Source: Eubacteriales bacterium
GTDB lineage: Bacteria > Bacillota > Clostridia > Oscillospirales > CAG-382
Length of the DNA stretch: 64,000 bases
Reading direction: 5' to 3'
Assembly (NCBI GenBank): GCA_045604705.1
Contig: JAZUOO010000066.1
Coordinates: 1,271-65,270 of the forward strand
The notes under the pieces were generated by a model. The model was not told where the DNA came from, did no database searches, and saw only the letters and a program-made list of their open reading frames with translations. This document shows, piece by piece, positions 12,001 to 20,840 of this stretch (within the stretch, counting starts at the first letter, position 1; each line of letters opens with the position of its first letter). The translations under genes were made by a program, and so were the position numbers.

Positions 12001-12657
12001 TTGTCTGAAGTTGCCCAAAAACGCCTTGAAGCAGTCCGTGAATACACCGAATTCGGTTCGGGCTTCAAAATTGCAATGCGTGACCTTGAAATAAGAGGTG
12101 CGGGAAACCTTTTGGGTGCGGAACAGTCCGGACACCTTGAAGCGGTAGGTTATGACCTATATATTAAACTCCTAGAAGAAGCAGTACTTGAAGAAAAGGG
12201 CGAAGCAAAGGAGAAAAAGTGCGAATGTACCGTAGACTTCGGCAGAAACGCATATATTCCCGAAAACTACATCTCAATGCCCGGTGCAAGGATAGAAGCC
12301 TACAAGAAGATAGCCGCAATAGAAACACGTGAGGATGCGGATGACGTAACAGACGAGCTTCTTGACAGATACGGCGAAATTCCAAAATCCGTCACAACCC
12401 TCATATGGATTTCAACGGTACGTGCAATGGGTGAAAAGCTTAGAATAAAACGATTTGAGCTGAAATCGGGACGTCTTAACATATACCCCGAAACTCCATC
12501 AAAGGAGATTCTTAAGGATATGTATTCCGAATTCGGCAAGAATCTTCTTTACTGTTCCGGAGCAAACCCTTATTACAGCATAAAATATTCCTCCGAGGGC
12601 GATATCGAAAAAATGACTGAGAAAATATTTAATCTTTATTCACCAAAAGAGGAATGA
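9067..12657 (+). CDS. mfd: Transcription-repair coupling factor
   Basis: UvrB-homology N-terminal region, CarD-like segment (GDYIVHTVHGIGRY), superfamily-2 helicase motifs (GDVGFGKTEVALRA, VVDEEQRFG, TATPIPRT, QLHQIRGRVGR) and a TRG-like C-terminus. Start chosen at ATG 9067 after AAGGGGG; the listed ORF starts at 9025. Confidence 0.9.
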   Translation: MSSFKTEEARIITEAVKREPEYARIVSRLEMFKAAGELYRDDAIMATGLSDTPRAALCYALATEETIVDNNKCSIICVPDEKTAYNLARFLSAFTDGVLVFSQRDFVFYNISATSREFEHERINTLRAIAGGRAKIVICVPEAMLGILPPKERYTAEITLKIGEEYPTSQLCEKLLYLGYTRTDTVEGKGQFAIRGDILDIFPPDANNPTRVEFFGDEVDCAGTFDILTQRRTENVSELVITPAKEIILTDEETKKVEAEIDELLGNAQKRRMMAERSADKLKVADYESLITKLLSEKAALADGNLPCVDKYLPSVIDEKCTLLDYADGCIFLFDLARITERLESYEMQIVQTVTFLAEHGEINLKKTSYCENYEYLLSKVRERPTLVCNTFTQSSDMKFSGIYTFRTKATTAFTKDMEVLCDDLEDYRERGFRAIILSGSVHSAGILSSLMSERHIKAVFVSPSELNIESMNPEYVYITYKDESVHVFPGFELTTSKLAFLTEGNTEYTATKTAVRRTGRSKSSAKKILSYSDLDVGDYIVHTVHGIGRYDGIKTLTVGGITKDYITILYAGNDVIYVPADQLDRVSRYAGASENVKLSKIGGQDWQKTKTRVKKAAKDMAKELIELYAKRRRLPGYAFSSDSEWQRDFEGKFIYEETDGQLEAVSEIKKDMEQSYPMDRLLCGDVGFGKTEVALRAVFKCIAEGKQAAILVPTTILAWQHYETALSRFSDFPCNIDVISRFKTPKQIKETLKKLRTGGIDLIIGTHRLLSKDIEFKDLGLLVVDEEQRFGVAHKEKLKQLSENIDVLTLTATPIPRTLNMAMAGIRDMSVLEEAPQDRYPVQTYVMEYDMEVIGEAIKRELRRGGQVFYLRNKVDGIEGTAETIRKIVPDANIAVAHGQMTEDLLSDIWRKLVDGDIDVLVCTTIIETGVDVPNANTLIIEHADRMGLSQLHQIRGRVGRSTRRAYAYLTYDGTKALSEVAQKRLEAVREYTEFGSGFKIAMRDLEIRGAGNLLGAEQSGHLEAVGYDLYIKLLEEAVLEEKGEAKEKKCECTVDFGRNAYIPENYISMPGARIEAYKKIAAIETREDADDVTDELLDRYGEIPKSVTTLIWISTVRAMGEKLRIKRFELKSGRLNIYPETPSKEILKDMYSEFGKNLLYCSGANPYYSIKYSSEGDIEKMTEKIFNLYSPKEE

Positions 12658-12718
12658 TGTCTGCTACAATATGTAATGTATATTTATTTAAGTTTTCATA
12701 ATAAAGAAAGGGACAGAC

Positions 12719-13837
12719 ATGAAAAGCTTATTTGTAAGAATTTTCTGCACTGTGCTTGTTGTTACTGCTGCGGCACTTTCACTCGCTTCATGCGGAAAGG
12801 AATATGATACTATCTGCATCCGTAACGACAACGGCGAAATAGGTGCAGGCTTTAACGAAAACATGGTATCATTCCATATGGCAATGGAAAAGACAACAAC
12901 GCTCGCACAGCTTGGCTACACCGAAGATAACCCTCAGCTCTGGAGCTACAAGCTCAGCGACCTTCTCGGCGATGCTGTGGTGGAGTCAGTTGCGGATATG
13001 ACCTTCGGGGAATATAATGATCAGCTTGCCCTTGAAAGTGCAAAAAGAATGGTTGTCGCCTCCTACCTATTTGATACAATGAAAAACGAGGAAACGGTTG
13101 AAGGAAAATACCTCTCTGCCGCAAACGAAAAGATGGACGCACAGGTAGACAATGTCGTATCCGAGCTGCAGCTCACTCTCGGCTCAAAGGCAAAATTTGA
13201 ATCCTTCATCTCCGGTGCAGGTATCACAATGGAAGACTTCCGCAAATATTATGAGATGAACTATAAAACAACAGAGCTGAGAAACGCGGTATACGTATCT
13301 GAGGACGAAAAGAAGGAATACTTTAAGAACAACTACGCAATAGTAAAGCACATTCTTATCAACACCGAAACAAAAACCAACGAAGCAGGTGAAAAAGTTT
13401 CCCTCACAGCGGAAGAAAAGGAAGCAAAGCTCGCAGAGGTACGTACCCTTGAAGCAAGACTCTCCGCAGGCGAGGACTTTGAAACGATTTACATGGAATT
13501 TGACGGCACGGATCCCGGAACCCAGTATTATACTGAAGGCTACTTCGTAACCAATAACAATAAGTTCGTAACGGAATTTCAGAACGCAGCCCTTGAAATG
13601 AAGGAGGGCGAAATAAGAACCGTATACACAAGCTACGGTGCTCATATCATGAAGAAATATCCCATGGATGCGGAAAAATACAACCTCTATTCCGACACAA
13701 AGAGCGAAATAGATACAGTTCTTGCCTCTGTGGCATACACAAAGCTGCTTGAGCCATACATCGCAAAAGTACAGGTAAACGACGAGGTTGTTGCAAACTA
13801 CAATATGTCTGTGGTTTCCATGCTGAAGCCGGAATAA
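12719..13837 (+). CDS. PrsA/SurA-like peptidylprolyl isomerase lipoprotein
   Basis: Lipobox LSLASC. Parvulin domain signatures (AIVKHILI ... FVTEFQNAALEMKEGEI ... YGAHIMKKY). Confidence 0.8.
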   Translation: MKSLFVRIFCTVLVVTAAALSLASCGKEYDTICIRNDNGEIGAGFNENMVSFHMAMEKTTTLAQLGYTEDNPQLWSYKLSDLLGDAVVESVADMTFGEYNDQLALESAKRMVVASYLFDTMKNEETVEGKYLSAANEKMDAQVDNVVSELQLTLGSKAKFESFISGAGITMEDFRKYYEMNYKTTELRNAVYVSEDEKKEYFKNNYAIVKHILINTETKTNEAGEKVSLTAEEKEAKLAEVRTLEARLSAGEDFETIYMEFDGTDPGTQYYTEGYFVTNNNKFVTEFQNAALEMKEGEIRTVYTSYGAHIMKKYPMDAEKYNLYSDTKSEIDTVLASVAYTKLLEPYIAKVQVNDEVVANYNMSVVSMLKPE

Positions 13838-13858
13838 AATTTTGAAAGGAAGACTCAC

Positions 13859-14413
13859 ATGATACATTCAAGCGGTAAAAGAGAGCTTACATTTTTCATA
13901 ATCCTCTATACGGTGTTTTATCTTCTTACCGCTTCGGTGGTGCCCTATCTCGGTATAAAGCCGGAATTTCTCTCACTTGTGAACGGAGCGGCGGTGAATA
14001 CGGTAAAGCCCGACATTATGCTGGCTCTTGTAATATGCAGTGCAATACTTGCCTTTGGAAAGCATACCGTGATATTGGGAATAGTGTTCGGATTCATAAT
14101 AGACGTTACCTGCTCTGTGCCCATGCTCTCCTGTGTCAGTTATTGCCTGTGCGCACATTACGCACCAAAGCTGTCCCGTGTCTTTGTGGGCAGAGGAATG
14201 GTAAATACGGTACTGGTTGCCGTCCCCCTTCTTCTTATCCGTGCATTTACCAGTACATTCTACCTTCTTGGTACATGGCACAATATCAGCTTCGGAGACA
14301 TCCTGGTGGGGGCGGTGCTTCCCGAATACATATACAATATAGTAACAGTAGCAGTGGTGTACGGAACGCTTGTACTTCTCATGAGAATATTCAGAATAGA
14401 AGAATCCGTATGA
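13859..14413 (+). CDS. Small polytopic membrane protein (MreD-like by composition, uncertain)
   Basis: About five hydrophobic segments. GIVFGFIIDV resembles the MreD G..G...D region. The stop overlaps the next start (ATGA at 14410-14413). Confidence 0.55.
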   Translation: MIHSSGKRELTFFIILYTVFYLLTASVVPYLGIKPEFLSLVNGAAVNTVKPDIMLALVICSAILAFGKHTVILGIVFGFIIDVTCSVPMLSCVSYCLCAHYAPKLSRVFVGRGMVNTVLVAVPLLLIRAFTSTFYLLGTWHNISFGDILVGAVLPEYIYNIVTVAVVYGTLVLLMRIFRIEESV

Positions 14414-15291
14414 ATAATAACAGATGTAATATGTGTCCCAGATCCTGCAATCGGGACAGAAATAAAGAAAAAGGCTTTTGCGGTGCAGACTCATACATAA
14501 GAATCGCAAGAGTAGGGCTCCATGCGTGGGAAGAGCCATGTATATCTTACGGTAAAGGCTCGGGGACAGTTTTCTTCTCGGGCTGTTCGCTTAAATGTGT
14601 ATTCTGTCAGAACCATGAGATTTCCTCGGGCCTTAGAGGACGTGATATAACCGCCGAGGAGCTTTCTGACATCTTTCTTAAAGTGCGTAATATGGGAGCA
14701 GTAAATCTTAACCTCGTAAATCCTACTCACTACAGCATCGACATTGCCAGAGCACTCTATAAAGTCAAATCCGAGCTCGGAATTCCCGTAGTGTACAATA
14801 CAGGCGGTTACGATAAAGTTGAAACACTCAGGGAATTAACAGGACTTATCGACATCTATCTTCCCGACATAAAATACCATTCATCTGAATACTCCCTTAA
14901 ATATTCAGGTGCGGGGGACTATTTTTCCACTGCATTTTCCGCGGTTGAAGAAATGTTCAATCAAACAGGCTATCCCACGTTTGACATCGACGGACATATG
15001 AAGAGTGGTGTCCTTATACGTCACCTCGTGCTTCCGGGACTTTATAAAGACTCTGTAACCATCCTTGATAAGCTCGCAGAAAAGTATGATACCTCAAAGC
15101 TGTACATCAGCTTAATGCGTCAGTATTTTCCGACACACAAAGCCACAGAATACCCGGAACTCTCACGCAAGCTCACAACTCTCGAATACGACAAAGTCAT
15201 AAACCACGCAAGAACACTCGGAATAGTAAATGGCTATACCCAGGAAAAAAGCTCTGCCGTGGAAGAGTACGTTCCCGACTTTGATTTCTGA
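14410..15291 (+). CDS. Radical SAM protein, PflX-like (pyruvate formate-lyase activase homolog, COG1313-type)
   Basis: From ATG 14410: MNNNRCNMCPRSCNRDRNKEKGFCG, then GCSLKCVFCQN (CxxxCxxC cluster). The listed 418-aa ORF begins 375 nt earlier inside the preceding gene in another frame. Confidence 0.8.
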   Translation: MNNNRCNMCPRSCNRDRNKEKGFCGADSYIRIARVGLHAWEEPCISYGKGSGTVFFSGCSLKCVFCQNHEISSGLRGRDITAEELSDIFLKVRNMGAVNLNLVNPTHYSIDIARALYKVKSELGIPVVYNTGGYDKVETLRELTGLIDIYLPDIKYHSSEYSLKYSGAGDYFSTAFSAVEEMFNQTGYPTFDIDGHMKSGVLIRHLVLPGLYKDSVTILDKLAEKYDTSKLYISLMRQYFPTHKATEYPELSRKLTTLEYDKVINHARTLGIVNGYTQEKSSAVEEYVPDFDF

Positions 15292-15305
15292 AAAAGAGGT
15301 TATAT

Positions 15306-16397
15306 ATGGCATACAAAAAAACATACGGTAAAAAAGAGGATTCATCCAAGGCAGCTCTAATCGAGCTGAAAAGAAGACTTGCCGCAAAAGAGCCGGGCGG
15401 CGTATACGTCTTTGGCGGAGACGAAGAATACATGAAACGCTACTATTTCAGCGAACTGTGTAAAGCCTCCGGAGACAAAGTAAACATCAGCGTTATCCGT
15501 GGCGAAGTGGATTTCGGCGAGCTGTGCGATGAAATATCCGCCGTTCCAATGCAAGAATTTTCCCTTTTTGGCGACAGCGATGGTGATACCACAAACAAAC
15601 GCGTAATAAAACTTGACAGTCCGGACTTCTCAAAGCTCTCCGAACGTGAAATGTCTGATGTATACGATATGCTCTCGGACGTGGGCGATATGACGGTAGT
15701 TGTAATATACTTTTCCAACATAGACCCCGTGAAAGGTAAAACAAACACCGGAATTATCAAAAAGCTCTCAGAAAATGCTCTTGTATGTGACTTCCAAAGA
15801 GCAGCACCGGGAGATGCAACACTTCTTCGCTGGATAAAAAAGCATTTCGACAAGGAAAAAATTGCAATTACTCCCGAAGATGTACGCTACCTTTCCGACT
15901 GCGTGGGAACAGATATGTGCCTTCTTGCCAATGAAACAGAAAAACTGTGTGCATACCTCTGCTGTCAAAAAAGGACAAATGTAACCCGTGAGGATATAGA
16001 TTACGTCTGCATCAAAAATACCGAAGCGATAACCTTTGATGTCACAAACGCCATCTCGGCAAAAAACTTTGAAGCCGCAGCGGATGCTCTTTCAAAGCTC
16101 AGGAGAACAAAGACGGAACCTCTTCTCATTTTTGGTGCAATCAGCAAAATGGCAACCGACATGAGCATAATCTACTCTCTCTCCCGAGAGGGCAGGGGAC
16201 TTGCAGAAATAATAACCGTATCGGGACTTCGTGATTTTGTGGTAAGAAAGTATTCTGCCGCAATATCATCGGGAGGCAAAGGCTATGTCAAAAAGTTTAC
16301 AGACGTCTGCCTTGATGCCGATGCAAAGCTCAAAAGACGCCCGGACGGCTACAGAATACTCGAAAATCTTGCATTTACTCTCATAAACCTTGCGTAA
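15306..16397 (+). CDS. holA: DNA polymerase III delta subunit
   Basis: Size (363 aa) and the N-terminal pattern VYVFGGDEEYMKRYYFSEL with a helical C-terminal domain fit HolA. RBS AGAGG upstream. Confidence 0.7.
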   Translation: MAYKKTYGKKEDSSKAALIELKRRLAAKEPGGVYVFGGDEEYMKRYYFSELCKASGDKVNISVIRGEVDFGELCDEISAVPMQEFSLFGDSDGDTTNKRVIKLDSPDFSKLSEREMSDVYDMLSDVGDMTVVVIYFSNIDPVKGKTNTGIIKKLSENALVCDFQRAAPGDATLLRWIKKHFDKEKIAITPEDVRYLSDCVGTDMCLLANETEKLCAYLCCQKRTNVTREDIDYVCIKNTEAITFDVTNAISAKNFEAAADALSKLRRTKTEPLLIFGAISKMATDMSIIYSLSREGRGLAEIITVSGLRDFVVRKYSAAISSGGKGYVKKFTDVCLDADAKLKRRPDGYRILENLAFTLINLA

Positions 16398-16412
16398 GGT
16401 ATAAAATAATTC

Positions 16413-16449
16413 GGCGATGTATCACAATCGGTACACCGCCACTTTTTTA
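16413..16449 (+). terminator. Intrinsic terminator after holA
   Basis: GGCGATGTA / TACACCGCC stem (one mismatch) followed by CTTTTTTAT. Confidence 0.6.
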
Positions 16450-16458
16450 TATTATGTT

Positions 16459-17850
16459 CTATTTACCAACGCAGAAATGTGAGAATATTCCGTCAACAAT
16501 CCTCTCATTAACGCTTCTGCCGTCAATCTCCAGAAGATGCTTCACTGCACTCTCAAGCTCCGAGCAGCACATATCGGGAGTAAGAATCGACAAGGCTTCA
16601 AGTGCCGACTCAAGACAGCTCTCAGCATTTTTAAGCGAAGTATATCTTCTGACGCCCGTAAGAATAAGTCCGTTTCTTATCTCATCATCACCGCCCGGGA
16701 ATATCTCGGAAAGAATACCTTCAAGCTCGCATCTTCCGGATTGTGTAACAGTACTGAATTCAAGAATATACTCCGTAAGACCGGCAAGCTCTCTCCTGTA
16801 AGCCTCTGTAAATCCCGCAATATCCAGCTTGTTAAGAACAGCAATAATTCTTTTCTGCCCGTGATATTCCCAAAGCTGTGCAAGTACCTCCTTATCCTGT
16901 TCTGATATATCCCTTGAAGTATCAAACAGCACAAATACGAGCTCCGCCCGTGAAAGCTCCTTTTTGGAACGTTCAACTCCTATTTTCTCGACGACATCCT
17001 CAGTCTCTCTTATTCCTGCCGTATCCGAAAGAAGAAGCTTTATGTTTCCGACTACTGCACTTTCCGTAATAACATCTCTTGTCGTACCTGCAATATCCGT
17101 AACAATAGCACTGTCTGAACCTGTCAGCATATTCAAAAATGATGACTTGCCGACATTCGGTGCACCGATGATAGCACAGGGAATACCTTTGGAAATAGCT
17201 CTGCCGGTATCATAAGTGGAAGATAGTTTTCTCATATCCGCAAGAATATCCGAGCAAGCACTTCTCATTTCCTCATTCGACATATCCGCAATATCCTCAT
17301 CAGGATAATCAATATAAGCATAAACGCTTGTAAGGACTGATGTTATTCTGTCTGCAAAGGATGATATTTTCTCACCGAGTACCCCCGAAAGATGCGAAGC
17401 GGAAAGCCTTGCACCTGCAACGGTTTGTGCATCTATCAGCTCTCCGACAGCCTCTGCCTGTGAGAGCGTGAGCTTCCCGGAAAGAAAGGCTCTCTTGGTG
17501 AATTCACCGGGGCCTGCAGCACAAGCACCGTTTTCCATAAGTGCCGACAAAACAAGCGTTGTGCCAATCTCACTTCCGTGACAGCTTATCTCAACGGTAT
17601 CCTCGCCCGTAAAACTTCTCGGGGCACGAAAAATTGTCGCAATACCGTCATCTATCTTTTCGCCGCGGTAGAGTATGTTGCCGTAAACTGCCATATTAGA
17701 CTGTTTCTCGGAAAGTGCACCACGAATCGGTACAAATACCTTTTCACAGATTTCCACAGCCTTATCTCCGCTTACTCTTATTACCGCAATTCCGCCCTTA
17801 CCCGCAGGTGTGGATATTGCCGCAATGGTTGAATTTAAATGGTTATCCAT
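16459..17850 (-). CDS. mnmE: tRNA modification GTPase MnmE
   Basis: From ATG 17850: MDNHLNSTIAAISTPAGKGGIAVIRVSG. G-domain GAPNVGKSS and DTAGIRE. Canonical C-terminal FCVGK. Confidence 0.9.
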   Translation of the reverse strand: MDNHLNSTIAAISTPAGKGGIAVIRVSGDKAVEICEKVFVPIRGALSEKQSNMAVYGNILYRGEKIDDGIATIFRAPRSFTGEDTVEISCHGSEIGTTLVLSALMENGACAAGPGEFTKRAFLSGKLTLSQAEAVGELIDAQTVAGARLSASHLSGVLGEKISSFADRITSVLTSVYAYIDYPDEDIADMSNEEMRSACSDILADMRKLSSTYDTGRAISKGIPCAIIGAPNVGKSSFLNMLTGSDSAIVTDIAGTTRDVITESAVVGNIKLLLSDTAGIRETEDVVEKIGVERSKKELSRAELVFVLFDTSRDISEQDKEVLAQLWEYHGQKRIIAVLNKLDIAGFTEAYRRELAGLTEYILEFSTVTQSGRCELEGILSEIFPGGDDEIRNGLILTGVRRYTSLKNAESCLESALEALSILTPDMCCSELESAVKHLLEIDGRSVNERIVDGIFSHFCVGK

Positions 17851-17958
17851 TGTTATGACCATTCCTTTCGTGTACACTGAAATTTTATTTTCAGATTTTT
17901 CCCTGTTAATGAAAAAGACCGACTTTGCGGTCGGCCGTAATTTCAAATTAAATTCAGA

Positions 17959-18468
17959 TTATTCAGCGTCTGTTGCCTCTTCGGGCTCGGCAACAACTTC
18001 TTCCGCTGTATCTGCTGTAGCTTCTTCTGCAGGAGCCTGCTCTGCTTCGGGTTCACCCTCTGCTTCTGTAGCAGCTTCTTCGCCTTCAACGGGAGCTTCC
18101 TCTGTTGTTGCTTCTGCTTCTTCTTCAGCTACGGGAGCTTCTTCAACATCGTCCTGAGCGATTTCACCACTCTCGGGAAGTGCTTCGTAAGAAATGTTAT
18201 CACCTGTTTCACCATTGGAATCATTTGTCTTTGAAGCCTTAGCTGTTGCGAAGTAAAGGATGAGAATAAGTACGCAGAAAATAACGGAGATAATTGCTGT
18301 AGCCCTGGAGAGCATTGCATCAATTGTCTTACCCTTCTGTTTGCCGAAGAATGTTTCTGCACCGCCGGAAACTACGCCGGACATTCTGTGGTTTTTACTA
18401 CTCTGAAGAAGAACGGAAATAATAAGGAAAAGTGCACATATAAGAATTAATATACCGAGTGTAATCAT
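17959..18468 (-). CDS. secG: Preprotein translocase subunit SecG with long acidic C-terminal extension
   Basis: From ATG 18468 (GGAGG 8 nt upstream): MITLGILILICALFLIISVLLQSSKNHRMSGVVSGGAETFFG, the SecG signature. The last ~90 aa are Glu/Ala/Pro/Thr-rich. Confidence 0.8.
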   Translation of the reverse strand: MITLGILILICALFLIISVLLQSSKNHRMSGVVSGGAETFFGKQKGKTIDAMLSRATAIISVIFCVLILILYFATAKASKTNDSNGETGDNISYEALPESGEIAQDDVEEAPVAEEEAEATTEEAPVEGEEAATEAEGEPEAEQAPAEEATADTAEEVVAEPEEATDAE

Positions 18469-18541
18469 TTTAAAAATCCTCCGAAAAATCATTTTAAGTA
18501 TAAAAAAGCACCAATCGGCACCTTGATACATATCTTTTGTG

Positions 18542-18570
18542 ATTATACCACAATAATTTTATTTTGTCAA
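18542..18570 (-). promoter_or_regulatory. Putative sigma-A promoter for secG
   Basis: Minus strand reads TTGACA, 17-nt spacer (ending TGTGG), TATAAT. Confidence 0.5.
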
Positions 18571-18845
18571 GTGCAAATTGGTATTTATTCTTAGATGAAG
18601 TTGGTTTTTGTTGTTAATTCATAACTTTGTCGGAATAATTCACGGTATTTTTGACATTTAATTGTGTTTTTGTAATATATGGTCAGGATGTAACTATTAC
18701 AACTTCATTCCACATTGCGAAATTTCATTCCACATCTTGAAAATCACCGATATAAAAAAAGGACTTTATGACAATACACTTATATTCGCAGAGTAAAACC
18801 AAATGAATCCAAGGCGGTGTGACCTTGGGGGACCGTCCGTTTCTG

Positions 18846-18880
18846 TACAAAAAACAAGGACGGTTTGCCGCCGTCCTTAC
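18846..18880 (-). terminator. Intrinsic terminator after the phosphoglycerate mutase gene
   Basis: AAGGACGG (18856-18863) pairs with CCGTCCTT (18871-18878). The minus strand continues GTTTTTTGT. Confidence 0.6.
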
Positions 18881-18931
18881 TTTATATCAAAATATAATAC
18901 TAATTTAAAGATTTAAAAGTCTGTGTACTTC

Positions 18932-20158
18932 TTATTTCTCTACAAGCTCATCCATCATATCCCAGCCCTTTGAATAGAACTTAACCTTAACCATGCCCTC
19001 TTTACCGTGACCGAAATACTCATCATATCCGAGAGCTCCACTCTTTTCATCCTTACCGTGGGTATACATGACATAAGGAACCGCATCAAGCGAATGTGTC
19101 CTCTTGCAAAGGGGAGTCGGATGGTCGGGAAGGAAGAATATCTTGAACTCCTCACCGGCAGACTCAAGATAGTCGTATATCGGCTTTATGATTCTCGAAT
19201 CAAGATACTCAATTGAAAGCACCTTGTTCTCGATTTCAGCCCTGTGTCCGCATTCATCGGGAGCTTCAACATGAACATAAACAAAATCATCACCGCTTTT
19301 GAATGCATCAATCGCAGCCTGAGCCTTGCCCTCGTAATTTGTGTGAATGTTGCCTGTAGCCCCCTCAATGTCAGGCACCTTAAGACCCGCACAAAGACCG
19401 ATACCCTTAATAAGGTCAACCGCCGAAACAACCGTACCGCGAAGTCCGTATCTTTCTTCAAAGGACGTAAGGAACGGCTTCTTTCCGGGACTCCATATCC
19501 AAAGAGAGTTTGCGGGAAGAAGTCCCCTCTTTTTTCTTTCAATGTTAACGGGATGATTCTTAAGTATCTCCCAGCTCTTCTTCATAATCTCATAATAAGG
19601 CTTTCCGTCCTCACCCTGCGGCAGATATTCACCGATAACAGAGCCGAGAATATCATGAGGTCTGTTAAAGTTGATAGTTTTTGGTGCATCCTTCCAGATA
19701 AGACAGTGACGGTAGCTTACACCGGTATAATAAGTACGAAGCTCATCACCCATTTCTGCCTGTAAGGTTTCAATCAGCTTTCCCGATTCCTCGGTGGAAA
19801 TCTCATCCGCACTGTGATCAAGAATGGTAAGCTCCTCGTAAACATCACCCTCGGAAAGAGCAACAGTGTTGATCCTGAACGCCGTCTCATCAGGCTTCAT
19901 ATCAATACCCATACTTACAGCTTCAAGCGGTGAACGACCTTTTGAATAAATCTTGGGATCATAACCCATAACCGCGAGATTTGCCGTATCACTCTCAGGC
20001 ACCATATCCATGGGAACATTGTGGGAAAAACCGATAATGCCCTTTTGTGCCATCATGTCCATATAAGGCTTTTTTGCAATTTCAAGGGGGGTCTTGTCGC
20101 CGAGCTTTTCATGACGATAATCGCTCATACCGTCGCCGATAATTACTGCATACTTCAT
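18932..20158 (-). CDS. apgM: Cofactor-independent phosphoglycerate mutase, ApgM (archaeal-type) family
   Basis: MKYAVIIGDGMSDY ... PESDTANLAVMGYDP ... YVHVEAPDECGH ... LPDHPTP: metalloenzyme-superfamily motifs in ApgM order, at 408 aa. Confidence 0.85.
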   Translation of the reverse strand: MKYAVIIGDGMSDYRHEKLGDKTPLEIAKKPYMDMMAQKGIIGFSHNVPMDMVPESDTANLAVMGYDPKIYSKGRSPLEAVSMGIDMKPDETAFRINTVALSEGDVYEELTILDHSADEISTEESGKLIETLQAEMGDELRTYYTGVSYRHCLIWKDAPKTINFNRPHDILGSVIGEYLPQGEDGKPYYEIMKKSWEILKNHPVNIERKKRGLLPANSLWIWSPGKKPFLTSFEERYGLRGTVVSAVDLIKGIGLCAGLKVPDIEGATGNIHTNYEGKAQAAIDAFKSGDDFVYVHVEAPDECGHRAEIENKVLSIEYLDSRIIKPIYDYLESAGEEFKIFFLPDHPTPLCKRTHSLDAVPYVMYTHGKDEKSGALGYDEYFGHGKEGMVKVKFYSKGWDMMDELVEK

Positions 20159-20210
20159 TTTTTTACGTCCTTTCGTTTTATAAAGGTAACTTTATTATAA
20201 AGGCTTTGTT

Positions 20211-20840
20211 TTACATTTTAAATACTATTCCCGCAACCGCACCAATTGCAATAAACACTATCGGATGCAGCTTTTTAAACCTAGCGATAAAAGGAATCAG
20301 AATCGCGAATAATATAAGTCCGATGATATTCACAGCCTCCGACACACCATCTATTGTCAGCCAACCAAGACTTATATCACGTCTTTCCGAAAATACCGAG
20401 AGAATAAGCACATCCAGCATAGCCGCCGCCACAAGAGCCGCACTGCATGGACGTATCCCATAGAAAGCACCATTCACGAGCTTGTTGCTCTTAAACTTTT
20501 CGAGGAACTTTGCAACAAAAATAATAATGATAACAGACGGACAAATAAGTGCAAGCGTCGCACAAATACCGCCGAGAATACCAAGCAAAATACCCGCAAC
20601 CGAGTCCATGTTGTCAATACCCATGTTAAAGCCGGCGTAAGTCGCCATGTTAACGCCGATAGGACCGGGAGTTGATTCGGAAACCGCAATCATATCCGTA
20701 AGCTCGGAAACCTCAAACCAGGGATATTTCTGTGCCATCTCGCGAAGAAAGGGAATGGTGGCAAGACCGCCGCCTATCGCAAAAAGCCCCGTCTTGAAGA
20801 ACTCCAGCGCCATGATAAGAAAATTGTAAACAATACTCAT
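20211..20840 (-). CDS. Chromate transporter family protein (half-size ChrA, C-terminal-type)
   Basis: FKTGLFAIGGGLATIPFL motif and a polytopic fold. Overlaps the upstream partner by 4 nt. Confidence 0.85.
   Translation of the reverse strand: MSIVYNFLIMALEFFKTGLFAIGGGLATIPFLREMAQKYPWFEVSELTDMIAVSESTPGPIGVNMATYAGFNMGIDNMDSVAGILLGILGGICATLALICPSVIIIIFVAKFLEKFKSNKLVNGAFYGIRPCSAALVAAAMLDVLILSVFSERRDISLGWLTIDGVSEAVNIIGLILFAILIPFIARFKKLHPIVFIAIGAVAGIVFKM

Noticed and set aside
14035-14409. N-terminal 125 codons of the listed 418-aa ORF
   Set aside because: This stretch overlaps the membrane-protein gene in another frame and is Arg/Cys/Pro-rich. The radical SAM homology begins at ATG 14410, which forms an ATGA overlap with the upstream stop.
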